This document shows positions 63,010-64,000 of a DNA stretch of 64,000 bases, piece by piece. The stretch covers positions 28,148,001 through 28,212,000 of the forward strand of contig NC_082731.1 of NCBI RefSeq assembly GCF_030144855.1, in the 5' to 3' direction. The translations under genes and the position numbers were made by a program. The notes under the pieces are model-generated. The model was given only the letters and a program-made list of their open reading frames with translations. It ran no database searches and had not been told where the DNA came from. Position 1 is the first letter of the stretch; the number at the start of each line of letters is the position of its first letter. The DNA comes from Hypanus sabinus (Eukaryota).

Positions 63010-63640
63010 TGAGTAGTCTGGGTACAATAGACAATAGACAATAGGTGCAGAAGTAGGCCCTTCGAGCCTGCACTGCCATTTTGAGATAATGGCTGATCAA
63101 TTACTATCAATACCCGGTTCCTGCCTTGTCCCCATATCCCTTGATTCACCTATCCATAAGATAGCTATCTAGCTCCTTCTTGAAAGCATCCAGGGAATTG
63201 GCCTCCACTACCTTCCGAGGCAAGGCATTCCAGACCCCCACAACTCTCTGGGAGAAGAAGATTTTCCTTAACTCTGTCCTAAATGACCTACCCCTTATTC
63301 TCAAACCATGCCCTCTGGTACTGGACACTCCCAGCATCTGGAACATATTTCCTGCCTCTTATCTTGTCCAATCCCTTAATAATCTTATATGTTTCAGTCA
63401 GATCCCCTCTCAATCTCCTTAATTCCAGCGTGTACAAGCCCAGTCTCTCTAACCTCTCTGCGTAAGACAGTCCAGACATCCCAGGAATTAACCTTGTGAA
63501 TCTACAGTGCACTTCCTCTACAGCCAGGATGTCCTTCCTTAACCCTGGAGACCAAAACTGTACACAATACTCCAGGTGTGGTCTCACCAGGGCTCTGTAC
63601 AAATGCAAGAGGATTTCCTTGCTCTTGTACTCAATTCTTG
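63010..63640 (-). mobile_element. CR1 LINE 3' fragment
   Basis: LYRALVRPHLEYCVQFWSPGLRKD (63288-63608); (CTATTGT)n tail. Confidence 0.85.
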
Positions 63641-64000
63641 TATGTTGTTAAAGACTCGCGGAGTTCTACGGATGTACCATGGAGAGTATTCTGATTGCAT
63701 TACCATCAGAAAAAGCTGCAGAAAGTTGTAAACTCAGCCAGCTCCATCATGGACACTAACTTCCCCAGTATCAATGACACCTTTAACAGGCGATGGCTCA
63801 AGAAGGCACCATTCGTCATTAAGATCTCCCACCACCAAGGACCTGCCCTCCTCTCATTGCCACTTTCAAGGAGGAGGTACAAGAGCCTGAAGACACACTC
63901 AACATTTGAGGAACAGCTTCTTCCCCTCCTAAATAGACAATGAATCCATGAACATTACCTCACTATCTTTTCTTCTTGTTTTGCACTACTTATTTAATTT

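Larger units (their letters stand above)
60340..63990 (+). mobile_element. Rex1/Babar LINE (endonuclease remnant, RT, 3' end), interrupted by two insertions
   Basis: FGKADHLAVLQLPAYRQRL (60492-60824), LDPLQFPYCYNRS and NTGAPQGCVLNPLFYSLCTHDC...YKFAD (62260-62977), and SRRRYKSLKTH (63695-63943). Confidence 0.85.

Noticed and set aside
102-63943. The many 60-120 aa ORFs antisense to or overlapping TE coding regions
   Set aside because: They are shadow frames of retrotransposon sequence with no independent motifs.

Overview
Vertebrate genomic DNA, inferred to be from a cartilaginous fish (shark or ray) because of the Ig exons and the repeat families. Roughly 90% of the window (by eye) is a retrotransposon graveyard: CR1, Rex1/Babar, L1 and Nimb/I-group LINEs, plus Gmr1-like Gypsy, Tf1/sushi Gypsy and BEL/Pao LTR elements. 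These include two deep nests that can be resolved by their target-site duplications (13.1-28.9 kb and 30.2-44.1 kb). The only host gene is the 3' half of an immunoglobulin heavy-chain constant gene on the minus strand, most like IgW. It has two intact C1-set exons (59487-59185, 59096-58779), an intact TM1 exon (56212-56070) and a probable TM2 exon (44735-44724), all joined in frame by GT-AG splice sites. The most interesting signals are: (1) two apparently decayed C-domain exons between the last intact C exon and TM1, next to a retained poly(A) signal, suggesting loss of the long secreted form and possibly a new read-through tail; (2) a composite repeat junction present twice, implying an old local duplication; (3) a visible self-priming structure in a sushi-type LTR. 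No V, D or J segments, RSS pairs, RNA genes or CRISPR arrays were found. I found no evidence for a wholly new biological system. All identities, percentages and most repeat boundaries were judged by eye, without database searches.
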